DNA of 64,000 bases, taken from Torpedo marmorata (taxonomy: Eukaryota). The stretch is taken from the NCBI GenBank assembly GCA_977017645.1, contig OZ360230.1:103850001-103914000 (forward strand), read 5' to 3'. The notes below the pieces were generated by a model. The model searched no databases. It was not told the DNA's origin and worked only from the letters and a program-made list of their open reading frames with translations. Below, in pieces: positions 13,608 through 25,482 of the stretch (position 1 is the first letter of the stretch; the number at the start of each line of letters is the position of its first letter). Both the position numbers and the translations under genes were made by a program.

Positions 13608-14882
13608 TTGGGAATAAGGGGAGGTTATCTCCAAAAACGCCCCTGGCTCAAAATAGGTGTCTACCTTTTACAATGGATAAGATCCTGGATGCCTGGTCCT
13701 GGAAAGGGATCAGATGTGTCGAGGATTGCTACGAGCAGCGACAACTTATGTTATTTGAACAATTAAAAAATAAGTATGGTATTATGAATAATACACTCTT
13801 CTGCTATTTCCAGCTGAGATCTTACTTAAGGGATAAATTGGGCCCATCAATGACCCTACCGGAATGCAGTGAAGTGGAGACTTTGATTCAAAAGAGGATC
13901 ACAAAGAAGTTTATTTCAGCAGCCTATCTTTTACTACAAAAAGGAACCCCTAAACAGGGGCTACATAGATCGAGACAGAGATGGGAGTCAGACTTGGATA
14001 TAATAATTAATGAACAAAACTGGTCCGACTTATGTCGGGACAGTATGAAAAACACAATAAATGTGAGATACAGACTGGTGCAATACAATTTTTTGCACCA
14101 GTTGTATCTCACGCTGCAAAAATCGAATAAATTTAAATCAGAAATATCAGATAAATGTTTTAGATGCGGCAAAGAAATAGGAACGTTTTTGCATTTAACC
14201 TGGTCATGCCCCAAAGTAAAACCTTTCTGGACAGACTTAGGGAAACTCTTATAACAAATTACAGAAATTCAGTTCCCACAACGCCCAGAATGATTTCTAT
14301 TGGGCAATATCTCCGGCATAAGACCTAAGATGAGGCTGTCAAAATTTCAAATAAAATTTGTGAAGATCGCATTGGCGGTGGCCAGAAAATGTATAGCGGT
14401 CACATGGAAGTCTGATTCCCATCTAGGTATGACAAGATGGAATGAGGAAATAACAGTTGTGTTCCCCTTGAGAAGATTACCTATAATCTTAGAAATAGAT
14501 ATGATATATTTTTAAAGATTTGGACTCCATATTTACAACACATGGCTGTAAATCTATAACCAGGCCCCCCCTTGCCCCCAGGACCTATGTTCATTTCCTC
14601 TTCAGAAATCCGAGTATGCCAAGTAATTTAAGCCTGCGGGGTGGGCGACGAGCCTCCAACGTCTTCTTTCCTTTTGTATTTCAACCTTTTCTTATTCTAT
14701 TCCTCTCTTTTCTTTCATTTAGAGGGGAATTGGGTGGGTGGGTTTTCCTTTGTTTGTAGTTTTGTTGTTGTTTTTTAGTATAATAGTCAACAGACGAATA
14801 TTATATTTGATGATGTATTATTTTTGTTATTGATAATATGTTTGGTTTTAAAAAATACAAATAAAATATTCCAAAAAAAAAA
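13608..14882 (+). mobile_element. 5'-truncated L1-clade LINE (ORF2 C-terminal zf-RVT/Cys-rich region, 3'UTR, poly-A)
   Basis: ORF 13601..14254 with YNFLHQLYLT...CFRCGKEIGTFLHLTWSCP; AATAAA and A-tail near 14860-14882; imperfect TSD aaaaaacaatgcaaa / aaaaaccaatgcaaa. Confidence 0.9.
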
Positions 14883-15962
14883 CCAATGCAAAATAAATAC
14901 CATGGAAGATGACTACTTTGGACCTTTGTGAAAGAAAATTACGGATCAAGAGCTCTGATACTGTTGAGATGATCCTAGACAAGGAAGTCATCAATTTAGT
15001 GATGTTTCTCTAACTATTTTGTGAAATTGAAAATGGAAATGTACGAAATTAACACCACTCAAAGATATGGTGATGAAATAAATCTATGAAGAGATGCTGG
15101 AAATAATAAAATTCGTGTTCAACTTATTATTCAAGGGAGAACTGAGGCAGCAGAAGAGGTAAGTTACCTATTGGGTGAGGAGAGAAGAGACAGAATGAGA
15201 ATTTAATGAGTCCTGTCAAAAACATCACATTATGTAGATATTTTGCATTGGATATTTTGCACAGAAAATTAAATACAAAGAAATGATTGAAAGACAACAA
15301 AATATTGCATTGGTATCAGAAAGCATTTCTGATAGTGCATAACATACATTGGAACAGACTGCAGACCACTCCAAGGAACGGTAAAGGTTAGAAACTGCTT
15401 AACAGCTCATTTTTGTTAAGAATCAACCATTTAAATAGGGAATGGATGCAAGTAACACAGTTGAAGCATATCAGGAATTAAATTGCACAAATTAGAAACT
15501 CTTAGAAAGAAAATTAAGGGTGGCGGCAAATATTGTGTATTGCCAAATCTTCAACTCAATTCGGGAAAAATCTTAAAGATGGACATGACAAATTAAAAAT
15601 ATACTGCTTGTAACATAAAGCCCAGAGATTCCCAGGTTGTTACTAGAATTTGTAGTTTTGAAGTTATTAGGGTTGAGGTATGGTTGACACAACTGAACAG
15701 AAATGTAATACGAGACTCTTAACCTCATTTCATGAATGATGGTTCAAGTGACTTGTTTTTATTGGGTCCACAAAAAACCAAAAATCTGTTGAATTCTACT
15801 GACAGCAATAAGGAATGACCAATAACAAGCATTTAATAAATTTTATAGCGTCACTTTCTGGTTGGCAGGTCCTCAAAACAGAGAACTCCAGTTCTGTGGT
15901 AGACGATGAGACCAATGTGGGACTTGCAATTCTGCTGCAGTGGGGAACAGGTGGCATTTGAT

Positions 15963-16341
15963 GGTTCAAGTTCAGATTTATTGCCAGAGTACATACATGA
16001 CATCACATACAACCCTGAGATTCTTTTTCCTGTGGGCGAGGCAGAATTACCACTTATTGGTAGAGCAATAAATTGTACTCAACAAGATACGTATACATGT
16101 AAACAAGTAAAGAAATGTAAACAATTTGACTGTGCAATAGAGAAAAAAATTAAATAAAGAGCAAAATTAAGAGTCCTTAAATGAGCCTCTAATTGAGTTT
16201 GTTGTTGAGGAGTCTGATGGTGGAGGGGTAGCAGCTGTTCCTGAACCTAGTATTGCAAGTCTTGTGGCACCTATACCTCTTTCCTGATGGTAGCAGCGAA
16301 AACAGAGTGTATGCTGGGTGATGTGGATCCTTGATGATTGT
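15963..16341 (-). mobile_element. Rex/Babar-type LINE 3' fragment
   Basis: IIKDPHHPAYTLFSLLPSGKRYR..TRFRNSCYPSTIRLLN; tail aataaatctgaacttgaacc. Confidence 0.85.
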
Positions 16342-16797
16342 AAGGTGAGTGGAGAGATGGTATGCTCCTGAAGAACCAGTGCACCTCACCACATGGACGA
16401 ATGCATGATTTGTGCCATATTTTCTGAGGTGAGTTTTATAATTTCATCTTGGACCATCAACAGGATCCGTTAACCTGAGATACAATACCAGGTAAAATTG
16501 GAATTAGAAAACTTTTCTACCTTGTTTGAACAAATGGATAGCTGGGCAGATATTTGAGATAAGATGCTAAACTAAATTGTCAAAATAGACAGGATTAGCA
16601 CATAGCAAGGAGCAAGTGCAGTGTCACTCCAGTTTCTAACAAAAATAGCTGAGAATAATTGTGTACCACCAGGGGATACCTCCGTGATCAAGAGAAAAAA
16701 AAACTTGCACAAGCACTGATTCAATGGATACATTAGAATAACATGTTAGAAATGTATTGCTGATAGCTCCATAACTCTATAACTCCACTCTCCTTCA

Positions 16798-16917
<120 letters not shown>

Positions 16918-17149
16918 CTAAATGACAACAAAAACAATTATTTACACACAGAAATAAACACAGCACATTCAAAAAGGAAGCAAAACAAAAACTGTGAACT
17001 CACACAGTCTTCGCTAATACAGGAACACAAAACAAAAACAGCTTCTTCAGTTCAAGGATTTCACACATTTTATACACCTAGCTTTTATCAAGACTGGCAA
17101 GCATTTTTTAGGTGGCCTTAGGTAAAGCCATGTGTTGAAGATTAGTTAA

Positions 17150-17280
17150 ATAAGAAAGTCTGCAGATGCTGGGGTCAAGTGCAATACACAAATGTGCTAG
17201 AGAAGCTCAGTAGCTTATGCAGCATCCACAGGAAGCAAAGGGTAACCAAAATTTCAGGCCTGAGCCCTTCGTCAGGAATG
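17150..17280 (-). mobile_element. Penelope-like element 3' end carrying a minimal hammerhead-like core
   Basis: Minus strand CTGACGA-A-GGGC-TCAG-GCCT-GAAA (17275-17252), followed by the same ...ccagcatctgcagacttt type of end seen in other Penelope copies here. Confidence 0.7.
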
Positions 17281-17939
17281 AAATGGGATAGCAAATTAGT
17301 TTTTAGTGGAGAATATATAGATTATAATTATTCCTATTTCATGTTACATCTATATGGGTGGAACTTTCAAGGTAGCCAAAATATTCCATGGAAATTCAAG
17401 CGAGGAATGCTAGAAACCACCCATTGGGAGAGAAAATATATGGGCTGTTAACACTTCATAACACAAAAGTACATCAAGAAAGCATGTGTTTAATTTGGCC
17501 CTTAAAATGTAGTCAGTTTAAATTCCTATGCATCCTTAATTTCAACAGCAGCAGTTTCACATTAATACCTGCTCAAGTAAATACAATAGCCAGTGCAGAA
17601 CCAATTTTTTTTTTGCCGCCTATGTTAATTAAATACACGCACAAAAGATATTCAGTGAATTAAACCAGAATGAAACACATTGATGGTTTTGATTAATATC
17701 AGAGAAATAAAATATTATGACCAAAAAATATGACAGTATTATAAGCAAGTGTTAATACATAACAAAAGACAGATTAAAAAAAGCAATGAGTGCCATTGGC
17801 AAGGTGAAAGAATGACAAAGGGAAATAGAACAAATCTTGCGATATTTCTTCAATCATGCATCAAAAAATATGGCAAATTGACCAAAGTACAGAGGCAACG
17901 ATAAAGACCAAAGGTTCAATGAAGGTGGCCCTGAACATG

Positions 17940-18181
17940 GGGCGGCATGATCAGCGTAGCATTTAGAGCAATGCTATTACAGCGCCAGAAACCAAGGTTC
18001 AAATCCAGCTCTGCATGTCAGGAGTTTGTACATTCTCCCTGTGTCTGTGTGGGTTTCCTCTGGATGCTCTGGTTTCCTCCCACCCTTCAAAATGTATGGG
18101 GGTTGTAGGTTAATTGGAGTGGCACAGACTCATGGGCCAGAAGGGCCTGTCACCATGCCGTATGTCTAAATTAAAATTAAA
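17940..18181 (+). mobile_element. V-SINE/HE1-like SINE
   Basis: B box ggttcaaatcc 17996-18006, shared core, (taaaat)n tail. Confidence 0.88.
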
Positions 18182-18429
18182 CTGCATGCAGCAAAGGAGA
18201 TTAATTTTTTTCAATAACTGAGTAAAGATGTTATTGAGGCGGAAAAATGAAATTGAATGGAATTGGACACGATTCTTTACATATACTATGTTTTTGACGC
18301 TTTACATTGCCAAAACATTTTTGAATCAGAACACACAAATAACTTGAAATCAACCAATTTCATTATTATGAAGATCCTGATCACATAAATGTTTCTTTGA
18401 TGTAGGTACAATCCACTGCAAGGCCTTAC

Positions 18430-18534
18430 CCTGACAACAAACACTGGACACTTCACTTTATTCGTTGAGGTTCGGACAAATTTTGTTGTTACAGCATTCA
18501 TTGGATTCTGCAACATTCCCATGGGTGGCACCAG
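18430..18534 (-). CDS. WDR33: WDR33 exon 4 (105 nt), aa 92-126
   Basis: ttttacag|CTG...AGG|gtaagg = [35 protein letters not shown], inside ORF 18286..18576. Confidence 0.97.
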
Positions 18535-18996
18535 CTGTAAAATATTCAACACATAAATGTACAATAACCATCCCATCTGTACTATGTGGCAAGATCAACA
18601 AAGAGAAACAATAGCAATAACCGCTTAATAGCCTTGAAATCCAGCATACAAAGAAAAATCAAATATCAACCCAGAATTCCTCCTGCACTGTCTTTCTCAC
18701 ATGAAGCCTCAAATCCCATCCCTTTCTCCAATATCCCCATTTCTTAAATATGTTCCGAATCCACAAGCCTTGTTCATATCCCCCACCCAAATCTATTGTT
18801 GGCTTCAGCTGTTAAATTAACAGTGGTGGGTTATTTGTCATTGCAGATTAAATGTTTTTATACGAGAGAAAAACATCCTGTTGGAACACATCTCCATTTA
18901 TAACGGAGATTTAAATGGGAAAAGGGGGGAGTTTGTATTATGGAAAATTGGAATACAGTGGTTTTCTAGGAACATATCTCCCCCCCCCCATAACGT

Positions 18997-19268
18997 ACAA
19001 ACCAGAGGACATTGGTTTAGGGGGAACATGAGGGGGAACTTCTTCACACAGAGAGTGGTGGGAGTGTAGAACGAGCTGAAGAGGTGAATGCAGGCTCAAT
19101 TTTAACATTTAAGAAGAATTTGGACAGGTACATGGATGGGAGAGGTATGGAGGGATATGGACTGGGTGCAGGTCAGTGGGACCAGGCAAAAAAAAAAAAA
19201 AATGGTTCGGCACAGACTAGAAGGGTCGAAGAGGCCTGTTTCTGTGCTGTAATGTTCTATGGTTCTAC
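18997..19268 (+). mobile_element. CR1 LINE 3' end
   Basis: TRGH..RGNFFTQRVVGV motif; (TTCTATG)-type terminal repeat. Confidence 0.85.
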
Positions 19269-20382
19269 TCCTTTGGCCACAACCAGACCAACATGTCAAA
19301 CAGCTATCACCCCACCAATGCTGACACTTGAACCAGTCCCAACATTATGGAATCGCCGGAACTGACTGTGAGCAGCAGGAGGGAAGTGTGACATGGCAAA
19401 AGGAAACACAAAAAAGGCTGCAGCTTTCCCTAGCTCCTTTGATGTAAAGCCAAGGCTTAGTTTAATTTGGTGTCCACCACTGGCTAAGGGTTGCACTCTT
19501 TCCTCTCTCCCACCCACCAAACTCACTCAAAAGGTAAAGTAATTTCCTTTTCAATGTTCAAAAACATTAATTTTCAATTACTGACAAATGGGAAAATTAA
19601 ATTATAACTTAAATCTGATCAATGATTGCCTCTGAATTTAAGAATTGCCTTTGCAGATTTTCACTCTTGCACCAAAATATGTAAAGAACATTCTTGACCT
19701 CTCTTTCTCAATGTGCCCTTCCACCTTTTTATGCCCAAGACTCTGTTACTAAACATGCACAAGACCCAGTGCCATTTAGATCATATTGTCTTCCATTCTT
19801 TCTGCTAAAGCTTACACTGCTCTGCATTAAATTTCAACTGCAGTTTGACATTTTGTCATTCAACATCTTCTTGCAGTTAATTATTATCCTCATTGTTTAA
19901 TGCATTTACAAGTTTTAAGCCACCTGCAGATTTTATACCAGCACTCAGCTCCTGTGGAACTGAAAGGTCTATCAGTCTCTGCTCTCTTCATTTAAGCCGA
20001 TTTATGACCCATGTTATTGATCCTTTAATTCCTTCAGCCTTGATTGGTCCACATGCATGTTGTGATGGACTTCTGATAATTCATTTTAATGACATCCACG
20101 GTATTCATTTCAACATTTCTGTTGCTCTCATTTAACATCTTAAACTATTCCACCACATTTCTTGATATTCTCCCTGAGATTTGCTTCTACAAGCTTTCCT
20201 CAGTTAAGGTCTGCAGTTGCCTCTCACGTTCCTGCACTCCATTTTAAAAAAAGTGATATACTTGTAATTAAGTGGTCCTTTGCACCTCTCCTGAATCCAG
20301 GCAGAATGAAAAAGTATGGGATGCCTTTCTTCAACCTCCATCACTCCTCCCTCATCAACCCAGGATGCATTCCATCTGGACC

Positions 20383-20868
20383 AATTTACAGGTGGTCTTG
20401 GTTGGACAGCACGAGGCCATGGACAGACATGTCAGCATGTGAGTGGGGCGCAGAATTGAAATGGTTGGCCACTGGGAGATCCCTGTCACTGATGTGGACA
20501 GAGCGAAGGTGCTCAGCGAAGCAATCTCCCAGTCTGCGTCCAGTCTCTCCCATATAGTGAAGGCCACAATGGGAGCATCGGATGCAGTAGATGACTCCAG
20601 CAGATACACAAGTGAGGTGTTGCTTCAATTGAAAGGACTGTTTGGGGCCCCGAATGGTGGTGAGGGAGGAGGTGTGGGCGTAAGTGTGGCACTTCCTGCG
20701 GCCGCAGGGGAAGGTGCCAAGGGAGTGAGTAAAGGGAAGGGATGAGTGGACAAGGGAATCACGGAGGGAGCAGTCCCTACGGAAGGTGGAGAGGGGAAGA
20801 TGTGTCTGGTAGTGGGATCATGTTGTAGGTGGCGGAAATTGCAGCAGACAATGTGTTGGATGCGGACC
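20383..20868 (-). mobile_element. Penelope-like element fragment (GIY-YIG endonuclease)
   Basis: ORF 20386..20628 TCVSAGVIYCIRCSHCGLHYMGETGRRLGDCFAEHLRSV..PVANHFN. Confidence 0.9.
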
Positions 20869-21582
20869 GAACTACAAAGTTTTCTCGTTCCTCTATCCTT
20901 GCAGTAACTTGTTAAAAAAAATCTAGACTAACATGAATTTAAGCAAGCCATTTGATATTGTACCCCATTGTCAATTATAGTGGGATGAGGGAAGAAAGGA
21001 TTGCGCAAGAGGCTATAATTAGTGGAAATAAAAATCTGGAAGATAATAATGCAGATTGTTACATTGGGATATTCAACAAGGTACTTAATTAATATGTCAT
21101 TACATGTTGTGCAGGCAAAGCAATTTCCTTTGGATCACACAAAAAAAAAATGCAATTGCTTAACATTGTGATTAAAAAAATTTAATCTCCAAATTAATCA
21201 ACATTTGAATTTAAAAAATTAAAAATTGTGACAGGCTTTGTTATGCTCACTACTGACACTTCCACTGTCACCCTTTTCTCCATCTTTCCTCAAACCTATT
21301 TTCCTACACTGTATTGCAGATAGCCAGTAATACACTTCCCTTCACAAATAAGATTCTTACTTAATGTGCTCTATCTCCAAATTTAAAAAATTAAACTTTA
21401 AAATTTAAAAAAATAATAAATTAAAATTAAAATGATTGACCTATCTTAGAATTCTTAACATTAAGACAAAGGCTTATGCTCAAAAAACAAACTGATAAAC
21501 AATAACACCAGAAAACCCAAGAGAAGCTGCACATTAAATCAGTACAGGCAGTTTACAACGAATTTCCCTTTGAGATGCTTAC

Positions 21583-21651
21583 ATCATTATAATAAGCTGA
21601 ATCAGGCTGAATTGCTCGAAGATCTCTATGATCCCTCTGCCAAACCCGGTT
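21583..21651 (-). CDS. WDR33: WDR33 exon 3 (69 nt), aa 69-91
   Basis: Not in the ORF track; read manually as ctttttcatttttag|AACCGGGTTTGG...TATAATGAT|gtaagc = [23 protein letters not shown], phase 0/0. Confidence 0.96.
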
Positions 21652-21715
21652 CTAAAAATGAAAAAGGAAATGATCAGCAAATAACATTATTCTGATAATA
21701 ACTTGTTTCATTACT

Positions 21716-21938
21716 GCGGCATGGTTAGCATGACGCTGTTACAGTGCCAGCGACCCAAGTTTGAATCCGGCGCTGTGGATAAGGAGTTTGTACGTTCTAC
21801 CCATGTCTGTGTAGGTTTTCCCTGGGTGCTCCAAAAAGACAGGTTTTTTTTGGTTACCGGTAATTTGGGTGTAATTGGGCGGCACGGGTTTAAATGGCCG
21901 GAATCTGCTTCTACCGTGCTGTAAATAAAAATTTAAAA
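21716..21938 (+). mobile_element. V-SINE/HE1-like SINE about 65 bp from the exon 3 acceptor
   Basis: Same head, core and tail as the copy at 57591. Confidence 0.85.
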
Positions 21939-22597
21939 TGAAAATGCAACAGTAGACTGGGTAACTGATCTCACACATATGACAGATAATTCAGTTTTAA
22001 TCACTAGTGCACGAGTAACTAGTTTGAATTTTCATCCCAAACAGTGAATGGCTTTGGTTAAACTCTACCTCCCTTCTAATGAATAATTCCAGTGAAAACC
22101 AAACTCAAAAACATAAGAAGTGGAAAGGAAAATAAAGTAAATACTGTGAGATACAAAAGTCACAATAGGAAATCCAAGTCTATAATAGCATGCACAGCGC
22201 TGAGTGGTACTGCACTTATATTATAATATCAGTACTTTTATAATAGTTTGTTTGTTGAATAGGTTTGTTGTTGGTTTTAATTGCACGTTTTACTTGTGAT
22301 GTATATAGCACTATTTTTTTTAACTTCTGGTTGGATGCAAATTGTATCTCATTGGCTTGTTTTGCACTGGTACAATGACAATAAAGTGTATCTAATCTAA
22401 TCAAATATTAAGGAGTAGCAGGTGGGATGAAATCACTTGCGCACAAAGATAACTCATGCACAGAAAGGGCAATATAACTGGAACATTAAATATAAATTTT
22501 CCATTGGTCTTTACCAAGGAAAAGGAAACTGTCAAAATCTCACAAGTTGATGAGGTAGTGGCACTGGAGAAGCTAGCTGTGCTTAAACAAGATGTTC

Positions 22598-23830
22598 TTT
22601 TTTACTAAAAAATAAATTTTATTCATAATAAAAAAGCATATACAAAGGAATCAGTGCAAAAGGTCTTTGCATTCCAAGTGTCATTCAGTCTCTATATTCA
22701 GGTTATGTACCAAGTAGTGTTAGCACTTCCCTTTTGCACACACCATGACTGACACTCATGTGGGCCCCAGGGTGATGCACCCTCTGTTGTTTGAGGGACA
22801 AACCACTTCAACATCCAGTATCGGAAGGACCCTAGACGGTGGTCCTTCCGCAAAGAACCTTTGCATTGACTGCACCAAGCTTTAGTGAATCCGTCCACAT
22901 GTATTCGTATGGCTTGAATGCGCCAGTTATCAGCTTTCCCTCATGGACATCTCGTTGTGCTGGAAGATCAACACATTTCAGGCTGACGAAAGAGCATCTT
23001 TTTTATTTCAAATATAAACTTTATACATAATAAAAATATATACAAACACAAACAGTACAAAGGTTCTTTACATCCTTAGTCATTCAGTCCATACAATCAG
23101 ATTCTCTTCACAATTGCATTAGCACTTCTCTTTCACTGCTCATGTACCGTCTTTATTTTTTCAAAAATAAACTTTATTCACAATAAAACTATGTACAAAG
23201 GAAAACTGTGCATCCTTAGTGTCATATCCATATATACCTTCCATTAAAGTACATTGTTACATTAATGCTCCAATTTGCTATGGCCTCTTGTAGTTACTCC
23301 CCCTCCATTGATTTGAAAGGCTTCCCCTCCAGTCTCAGCCCTTCAATATCTGAGAGGACTCTGGACTGTAATCCTTCCACACAAAGCCCTTGCGTTGGCT
23401 GCTGCAAGCTTCAGTGCACCCCTCAGCCCATACTCCTGCAGCCTGGATTGTGCCAGTCAGCAGCATTCCTGCACCAACATCTTAGTGTGCTGAAAGATCA
23501 ACAAGTTTTGGGCAGACTAAAGGGAGTCTTTCACAGAGTTGATGATCTTCCAGCAGCTCTGGATGTCATTCTTTGCATGCGTCCCCGGGAACAGCCCATA
23601 AATCAGAGAATCCTCCTTTGGGTATGAAGCATGACAAGGACCCTTTCTTCACACACTCTCAGCAAACCAGTCTGAAAAGAGGTGGGCAATTGTTCGTGAT
23701 CACACAGGAAGGATCTGACCGGGAGGGCTTCTCTCACTGCCAGCCAGGCCAAGTCATGGTGTTTATGATTGAACTCTGCTGACAAGGAATTCTGCCAGAT
23801 GACCTGGGCATCGGGTTATTCAAATGAAAT
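22598..23830 (-). mobile_element. Stacked L1/Tx1-type LINE 3' fragments (three 3' ends)
   Basis: HHDLAWLAVREALPVRSFL (zf-RVT-like) in ORF 23603..23785; similar 3'UTR/A-tail blocks at about 22598, 22998 and 23155. Confidence 0.65.
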
Positions 23831-24119
23831 GCATCCTAGATTGTTGTTTAAAGGCTTCGCACGATCTTCCAAACCTCTCTTAATACAGGTGAGGGAACAC
23901 ATGTCTGAAAAGTGGAAATAGCGGTTCAAACATCAGTTTTGAGTAAGCTTATAGAAATAATAATCAGGGAAAACATTAACATGAGCAAATTTGAGTTGAT
24001 AAATGACAGCTCTTTAAAGTAAAATCACATTTGGATAACCTAAATGGATATTAAAAGCTGAAAGGAATTCATTTGAAGTTGTCTGTGTGAAATGTTAGAA
24101 GTCATTATAAAAAGTGGCA

Positions 24120-24906
24120 CACCAAATGGCAAAATTGAAGCTCCTAGAAATATAGGGTTTGTAGCAGGCAGGGTGTTCTCCAGGAGACAGTGTAGGGGCA
24201 TTTTATGTTAATGTTTAACATGGGTGTGCAGGGCAAATTTTTCAAGTGTGCAGATGGTACCATATTTGGAGGCATGGTGAACAGTGAGAAGAATTGTAAT
24301 TGACTGCAAGACAATTAGGCTGGCCAAGACAGATGAAATTCAATGCCGGGAATTGTAAATACATATACTTAGAAGACAGACAGACAATTTGGACTGACAC
24401 TTATGAAGGGTGTTCAGGAACAGAAGTGCATATGTACATTAATGTGAACGTGGAAGGAAATGACAGTAATTAACAATGCATGAGGGGTCCTATCATTCAT
24501 GAACAGAGTTACAGACAGAGTTTATGTTGAAGCTACAGAAAACTGAAGTTCAAGTTCATTATTACATGTTCCAAGGTGCAGCGACAGACGATGTTTCGTG
24601 AACAGATGAGAAGACATTTCAAGCAAAGTACAGCAAGGAAGATACAATAACAAAAGTGTGGAGTTAGAGAGATTAGTGGTACATAACATACACAACAATA
24701 ACATAATTTTACTATTTTGGGGTCCAAATCTTGTAGCTTAGCTGGAGGATGCCAAGGCCTTTGAAAGATAGTGGAAGAACTAGCACAATGGATCCAGGAA
24801 TGAGGATCATTCAGAAATATGGTTACACTAGAAATGCAGGCATTGTTCTCCTTAGGGCAAACTAGTTTGAGATTTGATAGAGGTGTCCAAGATTATGCTT
24901 ACTTTA
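24120..24906 (+). mobile_element. Old degraded CR1 remnant, itself interrupted by a minus-strand LINE tail at about 24540-24700
   Basis: gcagatggtaccatatttggaggcatggtgaacagtgag, cagatgaaattcaatgcc and ttgatagaggtgtccaagattatg are CR1 RT/thumb-like. Confidence 0.55.
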
Positions 24907-24908
24907 TA

Positions 24909-25482
24909 CAGGTGCTTATCCTTTTATCCGAAATCCGAACGTTTTTTCCTTGGATGTCATGTGCTCAACAAACATTACCTGACACGACCTACACTTAACT
25001 CACGCTTGAAAATCCCGTGTCGGTAGTTAGGGAATGTCAGGGACGTCGGCTTCCCGGCAGCAGCAGAAATGTCATACAGGTACTGACGTCGCCGCAACCC
25101 CCCCCCCCACCCCATCCAGCGCCTACGATTTGGAACGCATGCACAGATTGCCGTCGCTGGGGAGGGAGAGAGATTGAAGAGGGAGAGAGTGCGACGGAAA
25201 TCTGCAGGGGCCGGCGTCAACCTCCTGGCAGGAGCAGAGCCAACATCATCCTCCCGGCAGGAGCGGGACCAACATCGGCCTCCCAGCAGGTCAGGATCAG
25301 AGCCGGTGTTGGCCTCCCGGCAGGTCAGGAACTAATTCGGTGTTCCAAATCACAACGGGGCCGGTGACGTCGGCCTCCCGGGTGAGCAGCAGCGGGGGAA
25401 GTCAGCCTCTATAATTCGAAAAAAATCCAAATTCCGAAAAGTGTCCGGTCCCAAGGATTTCGGATAAAAGGATAAGCACCTG
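24909..25482. mobile_element. Tc1/mariner-superfamily (Tigger/pogo-like) MITE
   Basis: Perfect 28-bp TIRs caggtgcttatccttttatccgaaatcc (24909-24936 / 25455-25482), TA on both sides, no transposase. Confidence 0.93.
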
